In this document: positions 27,244-36,427 of the stretch, piece after piece | How positions within the stretch are numbered: position 1 is the stretch's first letter | How the letters are laid out: each line of letters begins with the position of its first letter | NCBI GenBank assembly: GCA_031394155.1 | Contig: JANMWW010000307.1 | Coordinates: forward strand, 1 to 36,764 | From: Chloroflexota bacterium | GTDB lineage: Bacteria; Chloroflexota; Limnocylindria; P2-11E | Direction of reading: 5' to 3' | Length of the DNA stretch: 36,764 bases | Program-made: the position numbers and the translations under genes | The notes under the pieces: generated by a model | Seen by the model: only the letters and a program-made list of their open reading frames with translations | The model's database searches: none | What the model was told of the DNA's origin: nothing

Positions 27244-27768
27244 ATGGACGCAGCACTGCCCCTCCGCGCAGCCCGGGCCGCGCCGGGATTGCCGCCGTCA
27301 TTTGAGACGCTCTTTCGCAGGGAGTACGCACGGGTGGCCGCCATCGCTCAGCGCATCGTCCGCGACGCCGATGAGGCGGAGGATGTGGCTCAGGACGTGT
27401 TCGTGTCCTTCTACCGCAAGCACCCCGCGGATGCCGGCTACGCGCCTGCCTGGCTCCATGCGGCCGCCGCCCACACCGCGCTGAACGCGATACGGTCGCG
27501 CGAGCGTCGCGGCCGGCGCGAGACCGCGCACGCGCGTGAATTCGACCGCGGGGTCGATCCGCAGCGAGCGGTCGAAGACGTGGAGACGCGTACCGAAGTG
27601 CGTGCGGCTCTCGCGCGAATGGACGAGCGCGCCGCGTCGCTGCTCGCGCTCCGCTACAGCGGCCTTTCCTACGACGAGATCGCGGCGGCTTTGGGCCTCC
27701 GCAAATCGAGCATCGGAACGCTGCTCAGCCGTGCTGAAGACGCGTTCCGCAAGGAGGTCACGCGATGA
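27244..27768 (+). CDS. ECF sigma-70 factor (SigX-like group)
   Basis: AEDVAQDVF, AWL, and LRYSGLSYDEIAAALG...SIGTLLSRAE. Confidence 0.9.
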   Translation: MDAALPLRAARAAPGLPPSFETLFRREYARVAAIAQRIVRDADEAEDVAQDVFVSFYRKHPADAGYAPAWLHAAAAHTALNAIRSRERRGRRETAHAREFDRGVDPQRAVEDVETRTEVRAALARMDERAASLLALRYSGLSYDEIAAALGLRKSSIGTLLSRAEDAFRKEVTR

Positions 27769-28787
27769 ACGAGAAGACGGTCGAACAGCTGATGTCGGTG
27801 CCCCAGGCGCCGGTCGACAGCGAACGCGCTCTGTCGAGGATCCGCGATCGGATCGAGAGCGAGACGATCCAGCCAAACACTCGGACCGCTGTGGGCAGTG
27901 CGCCCGTTCGCCGGGACGGCGCCCTTGTCTCGGTGTGGTTGAAGGGTATCGCCACGGCCGCGTCCGTCGCGCTCATCGCCGTGCTGTTCACGGCGAGCGG
28001 TCTCGCCGAGACCATCCTCACGATCTTCGAGCCAAAGCACGTTGTGGCCGTGCCGATCACCTCCGCCGACCTCATGAGCGCCGATGGTTTTGCGCGGTAC
28101 GGCACGCTCACGTGGTCGGTGCCGCCAAAGCCGTACGACGTGCCTGACCTCGCGACCGCTCGGAAGGACAGCGGCCTCGCCGTCCTCACCCCGGCGCAGC
28201 TCCCAGCGGGCATCACCGCCACCGCCGTGCGCTACGGAGTGATGCCGCGCACCACAGCCACGTTCACGTTCAGCGCGGATCTCGCGCGTCAGTCCGCATC
28301 GAGCATCGGACGCACGCCACCGCCGATGCCGGCGAACATCGACGGCAGCAAGCTGTTCGTCACTGGCGGGCCTGCGGTCGTGCAGTTCTACGGCGACGGC
28401 GCGACGCCGTCGTCGACGACGGCTGGCAATCCGCTCGGTGGACTCCCGAAGCTGATCATCGCGCAGGGCAAGGGCCCGACGGTCCAGTCCGACGGCGTGA
28501 CCGTCGAGCAGCTTCAGCAGTACCTGCTCGCGCAGCCGGGCATCAGCCCTGCGCTCGCGGCGCAGATCAAGGCGATCAAGGATCCCTCGAGCACGCTGCC
28601 CATCCCGATCCCGGTCGACATGGCCAGCTCGAAGCCGATCACGGTGCAGGGCGTTCAGGGCGTGTTCGTCGGTGACTCGACCGGCCTGGGCAGCGCGGTG
28701 ATCTGGTCAAAGGACGGCACAGTCTTCGGCGTCGCGGGAACGCTGACTGAAATGGAGATCCTGGCGGTGGCGAACAGCCTGCGTTGA
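27765..28787 (+). CDS. Putative single-TM anti-sigma factor
   Basis: ATGA overlap with the sigma gene. Short cytoplasmic N-terminus, one TM and a large extracytoplasmic domain ending VIWSKDG...EILAVANSL. Confidence 0.75.
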   Translation: MNEKTVEQLMSVPQAPVDSERALSRIRDRIESETIQPNTRTAVGSAPVRRDGALVSVWLKGIATAASVALIAVLFTASGLAETILTIFEPKHVVAVPITSADLMSADGFARYGTLTWSVPPKPYDVPDLATARKDSGLAVLTPAQLPAGITATAVRYGVMPRTTATFTFSADLARQSASSIGRTPPPMPANIDGSKLFVTGGPAVVQFYGDGATPSSTTAGNPLGGLPKLIIAQGKGPTVQSDGVTVEQLQQYLLAQPGISPALAAQIKAIKDPSSTLPIPIPVDMASSKPITVQGVQGVFVGDSTGLGSAVIWSKDGTVFGVAGTLTEMEILAVANSLR

Positions 28788-28812
28788 AAGCGCGAACGAC
28801 GGCGCGAAAGGC

Positions 28813-29721
28813 GTGATCGACTCGCCCGCGATCAGCACGAAGAACCTATCCAAACGATACGGGAACATCGAGGCGCTCTCGGGCCTCACGATGACGATCC
28901 CGCGCGGCGCGGTGTTCGGCTTCCTCGGGCCGAACGGCGCGGGCAAGACCACCGCGGTGAAGCTGCTACTCGGCCTCGCATCTCCGACGAGCGGCTCGGC
29001 TGAAGTCCTCGGACAACCCATCGGCTCGCGGCAGTCCCGTCGTCGCGTTGGCTACCTGCCCGAGCTCTTCCGCTATCAGTCGTGGCTCACCGCGCGCGAG
29101 GTGCTCCAGTTGCACTGCGAGCTCGCGGGCATCGATCGCGCGGCGTGGTCACGCGAGATCGAAGATGCGCTCGCGGTGGTGGGGCTGACCGAACGCGGCT
29201 CGACGCGCGCTGGCACGTTCTCAAAGGGTATGCAGCAGCGCCTTGGACTCGGCGTCGCGCTGCTCGGCGATCCGGAGCTCGTGCTGCTCGACGAACCGAC
29301 GAGCGCGCTCGATCCGGTCGGACGGCACGATGTGCGCGAGATCATCCGCGCGCTCAAGGATCGCGGTATGACCGTGTTCCTGAATTCGCATCTTCTCTCC
29401 GAGGTCGAGCAGGTCTGCGATCGCGTGATCATCATCGACCACGGAAAGGTCGTGGCGGACGGCACGCTCGACGAGCTCCTGCGCGCCGACACCGTTCGCA
29501 TCCGCGCCACCGACCTGCCGCGCGACGCGCACGTGACGCTCGCGCGGTTCGGCGCGATCGCGCACGAGGGCGAGTGGCTGACCGTGCGCGGCGTCGATCC
29601 GGAGCGCGTCCCGGAGCTTGTTTCGGAGATCGTTCGCCTCGGCGGACGGGTGCACGCGGTCGAGCCGAAGCACGAGTCGCTCGAAGACCGGTTCCTGAGC
29701 CTCCTGGGCGGCGGCGTGTGA
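28813..29721 (+). CDS. ABC-2 type exporter ATP-binding subunit
   Basis: GPNGAGKTT, FSKGMQQR, LLDEP and NSH. Confidence 0.95.
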   Translation: MIDSPAISTKNLSKRYGNIEALSGLTMTIPRGAVFGFLGPNGAGKTTAVKLLLGLASPTSGSAEVLGQPIGSRQSRRRVGYLPELFRYQSWLTAREVLQLHCELAGIDRAAWSREIEDALAVVGLTERGSTRAGTFSKGMQQRLGLGVALLGDPELVLLDEPTSALDPVGRHDVREIIRALKDRGMTVFLNSHLLSEVEQVCDRVIIIDHGKVVADGTLDELLRADTVRIRATDLPRDAHVTLARFGAIAHEGEWLTVRGVDPERVPELVSEIVRLGGRVHAVEPKHESLEDRFLSLLGGGV

Positions 29722-30572
29722 CGCTGATCATCACGATCGCGCGCCTCACGGTGCTCGAGATGCTGCGCCGCCGTCTCTTCCTGGTGCTGCTCGGCCTCAC
29801 GCTGCTGGTCGTCGCGTTCACCAGCTGGGGCTTCGGTCAGATCACGACGGTCGGCAATCGCCCGATGACGCGCGTCGAGCAGGTCGCGGTCGTGTCGCAG
29901 CTCCTGATCCTCGTCGGATTCATGTTCAGCTTCACGCTCGCGTTCTCCGCGGTGTTCGCCGGCGCCCCGTCGCTCTCGGGTGATGTTGAATCGGGGACCG
30001 CGCTGTCAATGCTGGCGCGTCCGATCTCTCGCGCCGAGTACGTCATCGGCAAGTGGCTGGGGGTCGTGGTCACGATCCTCGTGTATGCGATCCCCACGAC
30101 AGCGCTGCAGTTGTTCATGGTCGACCGCATCGTGCAATACGTTCCGCCACATCCGATCGAGTTCGTGGCGTTCCTCTCGCTCGAGGCGGTCGTGATCCTT
30201 ACGCTCGCGCTCGCGCTCTCGACCCGGCTCGCGGGTATGGTCGGCGGCGTCGTGACCCTCATCCTGTGGGGCGTCGCGTGGATCGGCGGGATCGTGGGCG
30301 GCGTCGGTGCAGCGCTGGGCAACGACACGGCCATGCATGTGGGCACCGCGACGCGCCTCATCCTGCCGACCGACGGCATGTGGCGCGGTGGCGTTTGGGC
30401 GCTCGAGCCGGCATCGATCATCGCCGCGGCGCAGAGCGCGGGTGCGGGTCTCGCAAGCAACCCATTCTTCGTGGCCAATCCGCCCGAGCCGCTGTATTTG
30501 GGGTGGACCGTCGCCTGGATCGTCGCGTTGCTCGGCGTCGCTGTGTGGAGCTTCAGCCGCCGCGAGATCTAA
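29718..30572 (+). CDS. ABC-2 type exporter permease
   Basis: GTGA overlap, 6 TM, DVESGT..MLARPISR..YVIGKW and C-terminal FSRREI. Confidence 0.9.
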   Translation: MTLIITIARLTVLEMLRRRLFLVLLGLTLLVVAFTSWGFGQITTVGNRPMTRVEQVAVVSQLLILVGFMFSFTLAFSAVFAGAPSLSGDVESGTALSMLARPISRAEYVIGKWLGVVVTILVYAIPTTALQLFMVDRIVQYVPPHPIEFVAFLSLEAVVILTLALALSTRLAGMVGGVVTLILWGVAWIGGIVGGVGAALGNDTAMHVGTATRLILPTDGMWRGGVWALEPASIIAAAQSAGAGLASNPFFVANPPEPLYLGWTVAWIVALLGVAVWSFSRREI

Positions 30573-30591
30573 CGCCGTAGCATGCGCCGCG

Positions 30592-31215
30592 ATGGAAGCG
30601 GACGCGTCGTTCCGGCGCCTCGGTGGATGGGCGGCGTATCTGGTAGCAGCGTTCTCCCTCATGTACGCGATCGTGTACCTCGGCTTCGTCCGCACTGACC
30701 CGGCGAACGCAAGCGCTGCGACGCTCTCGTGGGCACTCATTGCAGCAGGCGCGCTCAGCGCCGCGTTCGCGACAGCGGGCCTCGCGTCGTACATCGGCGG
30801 CGCCGCCGCATCCTTCCTGGCAGCCTTCGGCGTCGGGTACTCCCTCCTCGCGGCGGCGCACGGCGTGTTCGCGGCGATCGCCGACGCGCAGGGATTCGCC
30901 GATCTCGAGCTTTCCCCCATCGATCCCCGCGGCTTCGCGACGTTCGGCCTCGCTGGCGTGTGGCTCCTGATGGCCGGTCTCCGGCTGCGCGTTCACCCTG
31001 GCCTGCGGCCCTTGTATTCTCAGCTCGCGATCGCCGGCGGCATCGACCTGATCGCGCTCTTTGTCGCCACCGTGATCGGCGCGACGCCGCTGATCCTCAT
31101 TACCGGCGGATTGGCCTCGGTCCTCCTTGGTCCCGCGTTCTGGCTCATGACCGGACGGCTGCTGACCGCCGAGGCCGCGACGCCAACGACGACGCGAACG
31201 AGTAGAGCGCCATGA
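30592..31215 (+). CDS. Hypothetical membrane protein (5-6 TM)
   Basis: ATG at 30592, hydrophobic helices with a DPRG motif, ATGA overlap with the next gene. Confidence 0.8.
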   Translation: MEADASFRRLGGWAAYLVAAFSLMYAIVYLGFVRTDPANASAATLSWALIAAGALSAAFATAGLASYIGGAAASFLAAFGVGYSLLAAAHGVFAAIADAQGFADLELSPIDPRGFATFGLAGVWLLMAGLRLRVHPGLRPLYSQLAIAGGIDLIALFVATVIGATPLILITGGLASVLLGPAFWLMTGRLLTAEAATPTTTRTSRAP

Positions 31216-31979
31216 CGAGCACACCAACGGATGGCTTGGCTGCGGCGGATCGTCTCGCTGCGCTTGGGGAGCTCGCGGCGATGCAGCGCGAGCACAAGGT
31301 CGATTCGTCCGGTCGCCTTCGTGCGGCGGTGCTCGGCGCGAACGATGGGCTTGTCTCGAATGTCAGCCTCGTCATGGGCATGGCCGGCGCCGCTCCGGGC
31401 CCGGGCGTCGTGCTTCTCGCGGGAATAGCCGGCGTCGTCGCGGGCGCCCTGTCGATGGCCCTCGGCGAGTACGTCTCCGTCCGGGTGCAGCGTGAATCGT
31501 TCGAGTCGCTGATCGCGCTCGAGAAGCGCGAGATCGCGCACAACCCTGCGCACGAGCTGCACGAGATAGCCGTCATCTATCGCGCGAAGGGGATCCCGAG
31601 GGAGGATGCGGAACGCTTCGCAACGCACGTCATGCGCAACCCGGAAGTCGCGCTCGATCTGATGGCACGCGAGGAGCTCGGCCTGAATCCCGATCAGCTT
31701 GGATCGCCGGCCGCCGTCGCGCTCAGCTCCATGGCCGCATTCGCGTCCGGCGCCATCGTGCCGGTGCTGCCGTTCCTCTTCCTGCCGGTCGCCACAGCAG
31801 CGCCTGCCGCCGCGATCCTCACCGTGATCGCGCTCCTGATCACCGGCGGGGCGACCGCGCGCATGATCGGACGGCCGCCACTGCGTGGGGCTGTCCGACT
31901 GGCACTGCTCGGTGCGGTGGCCGCGCTCATCACCTTCTTCGCCGGTCGGATCGTCGGCACGATCGCTTCTGGCATGTAG
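31212..31979 (+). CDS. VIT1/CCC1 family Fe/Mn transporter
   Basis: LRAAVLGANDGLVS, GALSMALGEYVSV and REELG. Confidence 0.93.
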   Translation: MTSTPTDGLAAADRLAALGELAAMQREHKVDSSGRLRAAVLGANDGLVSNVSLVMGMAGAAPGPGVVLLAGIAGVVAGALSMALGEYVSVRVQRESFESLIALEKREIAHNPAHELHEIAVIYRAKGIPREDAERFATHVMRNPEVALDLMAREELGLNPDQLGSPAAVALSSMAAFASGAIVPVLPFLFLPVATAAPAAAILTVIALLITGGATARMIGRPPLRGAVRLALLGAVAALITFFAGRIVGTIASGM

Positions 31980-32013
31980 CGGCGCGTTGGAAGGGCGATG
32001 GTAGGGTGGGTTC

Positions 32014-32883
32014 ATGAACACGATCAAGACCGTCGGGCTTCTCACGATCCTCACGCTGCTGCTCGTCTTCGGAGCGCGGCTCTTCTTCGGAACGCAGGCG
32101 GTCCCGATCGCCCTCGGCATCGCGCTCGTCATGAACCTCGGCACGTGGTGGTTCAGCGACAAGATCGCGCTCTCCTTCGCCGGCGCGAAGCCGGTGAGCG
32201 AGGCCGAGGCGCCCGAGCTCTACCGCATCGTCGCTCGCGTCGCGCAGTTGGCGGAGCTCCCGCCGCCGCGCCTCTACGTGATCGATCAACCCGCGCCGAA
32301 CGCATTCGCGACCGGTCGCGATCCGCAGCACGCGGTCGTCGCGGTGACGCGTGGCATCCTCGAAGTCGTTAACGAGCGCGAGCTCACGGCAGTGCTCGCG
32401 CACGAGCTCGGTCACGTTCGAAATCGCGACACGTTCGTCATGGCGGTCGTCGCGTCGGTGGCCGGCGCGATCTCCTACTTGGCGCAGATGGCGCAGTGGT
32501 CGATGTGGTTCGGTGGTGGCGACCGCGATAACCGTGACTCTGGCCAGCTTGGGATGATCGGGATGATCCTCGGCATCGTTCTGTTGCCGATCGCCGCGAT
32601 GCTTGTGCAGCTTGCGGTCAGCCGCTCGCGCGAGTACGGCGCCGACGATCAGAGCGCGGCTCTAACCCACGATCCGATCTCGCTCGCATCGGCGCTCCGC
32701 AAGCTCGCGGATTACAGCAAGAAAATGCCGCTCCCCGTGAATCCCGCGGTGGCGCCGCTCTTCATCGTGCAGCCGCTGCTGCCTGGCGGCCTCTCCGGAC
32801 TCTTCTCGACGCACCCGCCGATCGAGCAGCGCATCGCGCGACTCGAGCAGATGGCCGGGAGTTACCTGCCCGAGCGCTCCTAA
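32014..32883 (+). CDS. htpX: Zinc metalloprotease HtpX (M48)
   Basis: PNAFATGRDP, HELGH, SRSREYGAD and FSTHPP. Confidence 0.95.
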   Translation: MNTIKTVGLLTILTLLLVFGARLFFGTQAVPIALGIALVMNLGTWWFSDKIALSFAGAKPVSEAEAPELYRIVARVAQLAELPPPRLYVIDQPAPNAFATGRDPQHAVVAVTRGILEVVNERELTAVLAHELGHVRNRDTFVMAVVASVAGAISYLAQMAQWSMWFGGGDRDNRDSGQLGMIGMILGIVLLPIAAMLVQLAVSRSREYGADDQSAALTHDPISLASALRKLADYSKKMPLPVNPAVAPLFIVQPLLPGGLSGLFSTHPPIEQRIARLEQMAGSYLPERS

Positions 32884-32910
32884 CGCGCACGGTATGCCCG
32901 AGCGCTCCTA
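32867..32910 (+). repeat. Exact 16-nt direct repeat of the htpX 3' end
   Basis: tgcccgagcgctccta at 32867-32882 and 32895-32910. Confidence 0.9.
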
Positions 32911-33294
32911 GGGCGTGGAAATCGCGGGCGTCCGGTACGTGCCGAGGTCGAGGACCGCGCGCCCGGAACCATCGGTGACGGTCCGCGATCCCAGGGGCTC
33001 ACGAAGCGACACGGTCACCGGGACCGGAACACCGAGCGCGACGGAGCTGCCCGCCCGAGTTCGCACTCGCACGATGATCTTCACCGAAGACGGGTCCTCG
33101 CTGACCGTTCGTTCCGCGAAGTCGTCAAGGAGGCCGATCGTCACGACGACGATGATCTTCATCGGATCAGCTGTGCGCTGGAAGCTGTCGATCGGCACGA
33201 TGCGCCCCGAGTTGAGGATCGACGATGCGATAAGAATGCTCAGGACGGCCAGGCCGGCGAGACTCGCCCCGACGATGATCCTCGTGCGGGTCAC
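32908..33294 (-). CDS. Hypothetical exported or membrane-anchored protein
   Basis: N-terminal hydrophobic helix, beta-rich body and L.EPLG.R.V.DG motif. Confidence 0.7.
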   Translation of the reverse strand: MTRTRIIVGASLAGLAVLSILIASSILNSGRIVPIDSFQRTADPMKIIVVVTIGLLDDFAERTVSEDPSSVKIIVRVRTRAGSSVALGVPVPVTVSLREPLGSRTVTDGSGRAVLDLGTYRTPAISTP

Positions 33295-33296
33295 GG

Positions 33297-33653
33297 CTAC
33301 TCCGCGATCGTCGTATTGCCGTCCGCGAGGATCGACCAGTGCGTCATGTCGCGTCCCGGATTGGCGCCGTGCCAGTGCTTCGTGTTCGCAGGGATGAACG
33401 CGACATCGCCGGCGAGCACGCTGCGCTCCTCGGTCTCATCGGCAACGGTGCCCTCGCCCGCGGTGACCACGAGGATCTGATCGCACGAGTGCATGTGCCA
33501 CTTGTTGGCGGCGCCATCCTTGAAGTGGACCTCGGAGAGACGCTGGTCGCGGGAAACCTCTTCACCGACGGCCGTCTGGTAGTCGACGTTCCCCCGGAAG
33601 ATCGGATTTGCGCTCGGCTCGCGACCCGCTGGTGTGATCCGCTTCACGCGCAT
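33297..33653 (-). CDS. Cupin domain protein
   Basis: WHMH..DQIL...G.G and GDVAFIP....HWHGA. Confidence 0.92.
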   Translation of the reverse strand: MRVKRITPAGREPSANPIFRGNVDYQTAVGEEVSRDQRLSEVHFKDGAANKWHMHSCDQILVVTAGEGTVADETEERSVLAGDVAFIPANTKHWHGANPGRDMTHWSILADGNTTIAE

Positions 33654-33682
33654 GCCCCGATTGTGTCGCACACTTGCAGGCG
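33654..33682. promoter_or_regulatory. Compact bidirectional leaderless promoter candidate
   Basis: 29-bp gap between divergent ATGs containing CACAAT (minus, 33660-33665) and CACACT (plus, 33669-33674). Confidence 0.55.
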
Positions 33683-34408
33683 ATGCCCGCGCTCGTTCTG
33701 CTGCACGCATTTCCCCTCGACCGATCGATGTGGGACCGCGAGGTCCGCGCGCTGGCGGACGTCGCCTCGCCGATCATCGCGCCGTCGTTCCCGGGATTCG
33801 GACGGAGCGCGCTCCCAAAGACACAGCCGACCCTTGACGACTACGCCGACGCCGCCATCGCGGCGATGGACGCGGCAGGCGTGCAGACGGCAGCGGTCGC
33901 CGGCCTCTCGATGGGCGGGTACGTCGCCTTCGCGTTGTGGCGGCGGCACCGGAAGCGTGTCGAGCGCCTGGCGTTGATCGACACGAAGGCCGAGGGCGAT
34001 ACGCCCGAGGCGGCCGCGAACCGTCTCCGTCTTGCCGCGACGCTGCGCGAGCACGGCATTCAGGCGCTGCTGAAGACGCCGCCGAAGTGGCTGCGCGACG
34101 GATCGCCCCACTGGGACGCACTCAAGCCGATGATCCGCGCGCAGGACAGAGAGGCGGTCGCGCAGGGCAGCATCGCGATGTCGACGCGGCCCGACAGTAC
34201 GCCGGACCTCCCTACGATCGACGTTCCCGCCGCGGTGATCGTCGGCGAAGCCGATGCGATCACACCGCTCGCGAACTCCAAGACCATGGCCGACGCGATC
34301 CCCGGCGCGAGCCTCTCCGTCATCCCCGATGCGGGTCACATCTCCAACATCGACGCGCCCGACGCGTTCGAGAAGGCGATCCGGGCGTGGCTGCGGCGAC
34401 CGAGCTGA
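33683..34408 (+). CDS. Alpha/beta hydrolase (PcaD/enol-lactone hydrolase-like)
   Basis: LHAFP, GLSMGG, GEAD and AGHIS triad motifs. Confidence 0.92.
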   Translation: MPALVLLHAFPLDRSMWDREVRALADVASPIIAPSFPGFGRSALPKTQPTLDDYADAAIAAMDAAGVQTAAVAGLSMGGYVAFALWRRHRKRVERLALIDTKAEGDTPEAAANRLRLAATLREHGIQALLKTPPKWLRDGSPHWDALKPMIRAQDREAVAQGSIAMSTRPDSTPDLPTIDVPAAVIVGEADAITPLANSKTMADAIPGASLSVIPDAGHISNIDAPDAFEKAIRAWLRRPS

Positions 34409-35070
34409 TCGTCGAGGCCACCGGCCTCGAACGCATCTATCAAACGGGCGAGACGCGCGTGGCGGCACTTGCCGGCCTCACGATGGACGTGCGGCGCGGC
34501 GAGTTCGTCGCGGTGATGGGCCCGTCCGGCTCCGGGAAGTCGACCCTGCTCAACGTGCTCGCGGGACTCGAGCGTCCAAGCGGCGGGCGCGTCGTCGTCG
34601 ACGGCGTGGATCTGGCCGGCCTCGATGAGAACGGACTCGCGCGTTACCGCCGCGACAACATCGGCATCATCTTCCAGGCGTTCAACCTGCTGCCGCGCTA
34701 TCGCGTGATCGACAACGTCGCGTTCCCGCTGCTCTTCGCAGGGATCCCGCTCGCTGAACGCGAGCGGCGCGCGTCGGTCGTCCTCGACCGTCTGGGGATG
34801 GCGCCGCGCGCCGGTCACCGCCCGAGCCAGCTCTCCGGTGGCGAGATGCAGCGGACCGCGATCGCGCGCGCTCTCGTGACCGATCCGGCGCTGCTGCTGG
34901 CCGACGAGCCGACCGGCAACCTCGACTCCGCGAACGGCGAGGCGCTGCTCGGGTTGCTCGCGGAGCTGCACGCGCGCGGTCAGACGATCGTTCTCGTGAC
35001 GCATGACGCCGCGATCGCGGCGCGCGCGCAGCGTGTCGTGCGGATGCTAGACGGAAAGATGGTCGCGTGA
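34387..35070 (+). CDS. ABC transporter ATP-binding protein (LolD/MacB type)
   Basis: [23 protein letters not shown] and VTHD. Confidence 0.95.
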   Translation: MAAATELIVEATGLERIYQTGETRVAALAGLTMDVRRGEFVAVMGPSGSGKSTLLNVLAGLERPSGGRVVVDGVDLAGLDENGLARYRRDNIGIIFQAFNLLPRYRVIDNVAFPLLFAGIPLAERERRASVVLDRLGMAPRAGHRPSQLSGGEMQRTAIARALVTDPALLLADEPTGNLDSANGEALLGLLAELHARGQTIVLVTHDAAIAARAQRVVRMLDGKMVA

Positions 35071-36326
35071 GGACGGCCGATCTTCTCGCGCTAGCGCTCG
35101 GCAACGTAGGCCGTGCACGAATCCGCTCGACGCTTACGATCATGGGCGTCGCGATCGGCACCGCGCTCGTCGTGTTGCTCATCGCGCTCGCGTCCGGCGC
35201 CGAGGAGAACGTGAAGCGCAGCATCTTTTCGATCGGCGACCTGCGACTCGTGACCGTGCAGCCGTTCCAGCCCGGCTCGACCGGCCTCACCGCGGTCTCT
35301 CGCACCATCACCGATGACAACGTGGCCAAGTTCCGCCTGATCCCCCACGTCGAGGGCGCGTACCGGCAATTCGATGCGCCACTGGGCACGCTCGTGGAGG
35401 GCGGCGAAGATGCCGCGATCCGTCCGCAGGGCATCGAGCCCAACGCTCCCGTGGATCGCGGCGATCTGCTCGCCGGACGGCACATCCTCGCGAACGAACA
35501 CGCCGTCGCCGTTCTACCCGGCAATATCGCGCGGCTGATCGCGCCAACGGTCGATGCCGCGATCGGCAAGAAGGTCACGCTGCGACTTGGAGGTGCGGTG
35601 AAGCTCGGGCAAACGCGCATCGCGGGGAGCGGGACGCCGCGCGAGTACGCGATGACCGTGGTCGGCGTGTTCGACGAGCGCAACACCTCGCAGACGTCGG
35701 TCCGTATCTCCCTCGACGACGCGGTCCTCGCGGCCGCCGAGAACCGCGGCCTGCCGCCGGATGACATGCGGAGGACGACTGGCTACAGCGGTGTGTCGCT
35801 CGAGGCGGACGATTCGAGTCACGTCGGCGATGTCGTGACGTCGGTGCAGGAGCTTGGCTACTCCGCGTTCTCGCTCAAGCAGGTCATCGATCAGATCGAC
35901 CAGGGGTTCGGGATCTTCCGCGGGATCCTCGCCGGCATCGGCGGCGTCGCGCTGCTGGTGGCCGCGATCGGCATCGCGAACACGATGATCATGGCCGTGC
36001 TCGAGCGCACGCGTGAGATCGGGATCATGAAGGCCGTCGGCGCCGCGCCGGGGGACATCCGTAAGCTGTTCCTCGCGGAGGCCGCGCTCGTCGGTGTGTT
36101 CGGTGGGCTGCTGGGGCTCGCGCTTGGACTCGGCGGCGGTCAGGTCATCGAGCAAGTGATCCGCCAGCTGAACCCGAAGACCAATCCGCCCGCCATCTTC
36201 GTCGTGGATCTCACGCTCGCACTCGGCGCGATCGGCCTCGCGCTCGCGGTCAGTTTGATCGCTGGATTCCTGCCGTCACGCCGCGCGATGCGGATGTCCG
36301 CGCTCAGCGCGCTGCGGTACGAATAG
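35067..36326 (+). CDS. ABC transporter permease (MacB/FtsX type)
   Basis: RSTLT..GVAIG, large periplasmic domain, ERTREIGIMKAVGA and C-terminal ALRYE. Confidence 0.95.
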   Translation: MRTADLLALALGNVGRARIRSTLTIMGVAIGTALVVLLIALASGAEENVKRSIFSIGDLRLVTVQPFQPGSTGLTAVSRTITDDNVAKFRLIPHVEGAYRQFDAPLGTLVEGGEDAAIRPQGIEPNAPVDRGDLLAGRHILANEHAVAVLPGNIARLIAPTVDAAIGKKVTLRLGGAVKLGQTRIAGSGTPREYAMTVVGVFDERNTSQTSVRISLDDAVLAAAENRGLPPDDMRRTTGYSGVSLEADDSSHVGDVVTSVQELGYSAFSLKQVIDQIDQGFGIFRGILAGIGGVALLVAAIGIANTMIMAVLERTREIGIMKAVGAAPGDIRKLFLAEAALVGVFGGLLGLALGLGGGQVIEQVIRQLNPKTNPPAIFVVDLTLALGAIGLALAVSLIAGFLPSRRAMRMSALSALRYE

Positions 36327-36419
36327 GCGAGCGAGTCGCGGCTTTGCCGCGATGAGCGAGTCGACGAGCGGAGTCGAGGCGGCGAGGCGCAGGCCGCCCG
36401 AAGGCGGGCCGAGCCGAGC
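36327..36419 (+). repeat. Intergenic cluster of hairpins with tandem GA/GA mismatches (REP-like; may also act as terminator)
   Basis: gc-ga-gc-ga-g-tcgcggc-ttt-gccgcga-t-ga-gc-ga-gt and gc-ga-ggc-gca-ggccgcc-cgaa-ggcgggcc-ga-gcc-ga-gc. Confidence 0.65.
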
Positions 36420-36427
36420 GCGAAGAA

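Noticed and set aside
28780-28790. TGCGTTGAAAG repeated from 27228-27238 as a second ECF -10 element
   Set aside because: No matching -35; both copies are simply Arg-stop-AAG gene ends.
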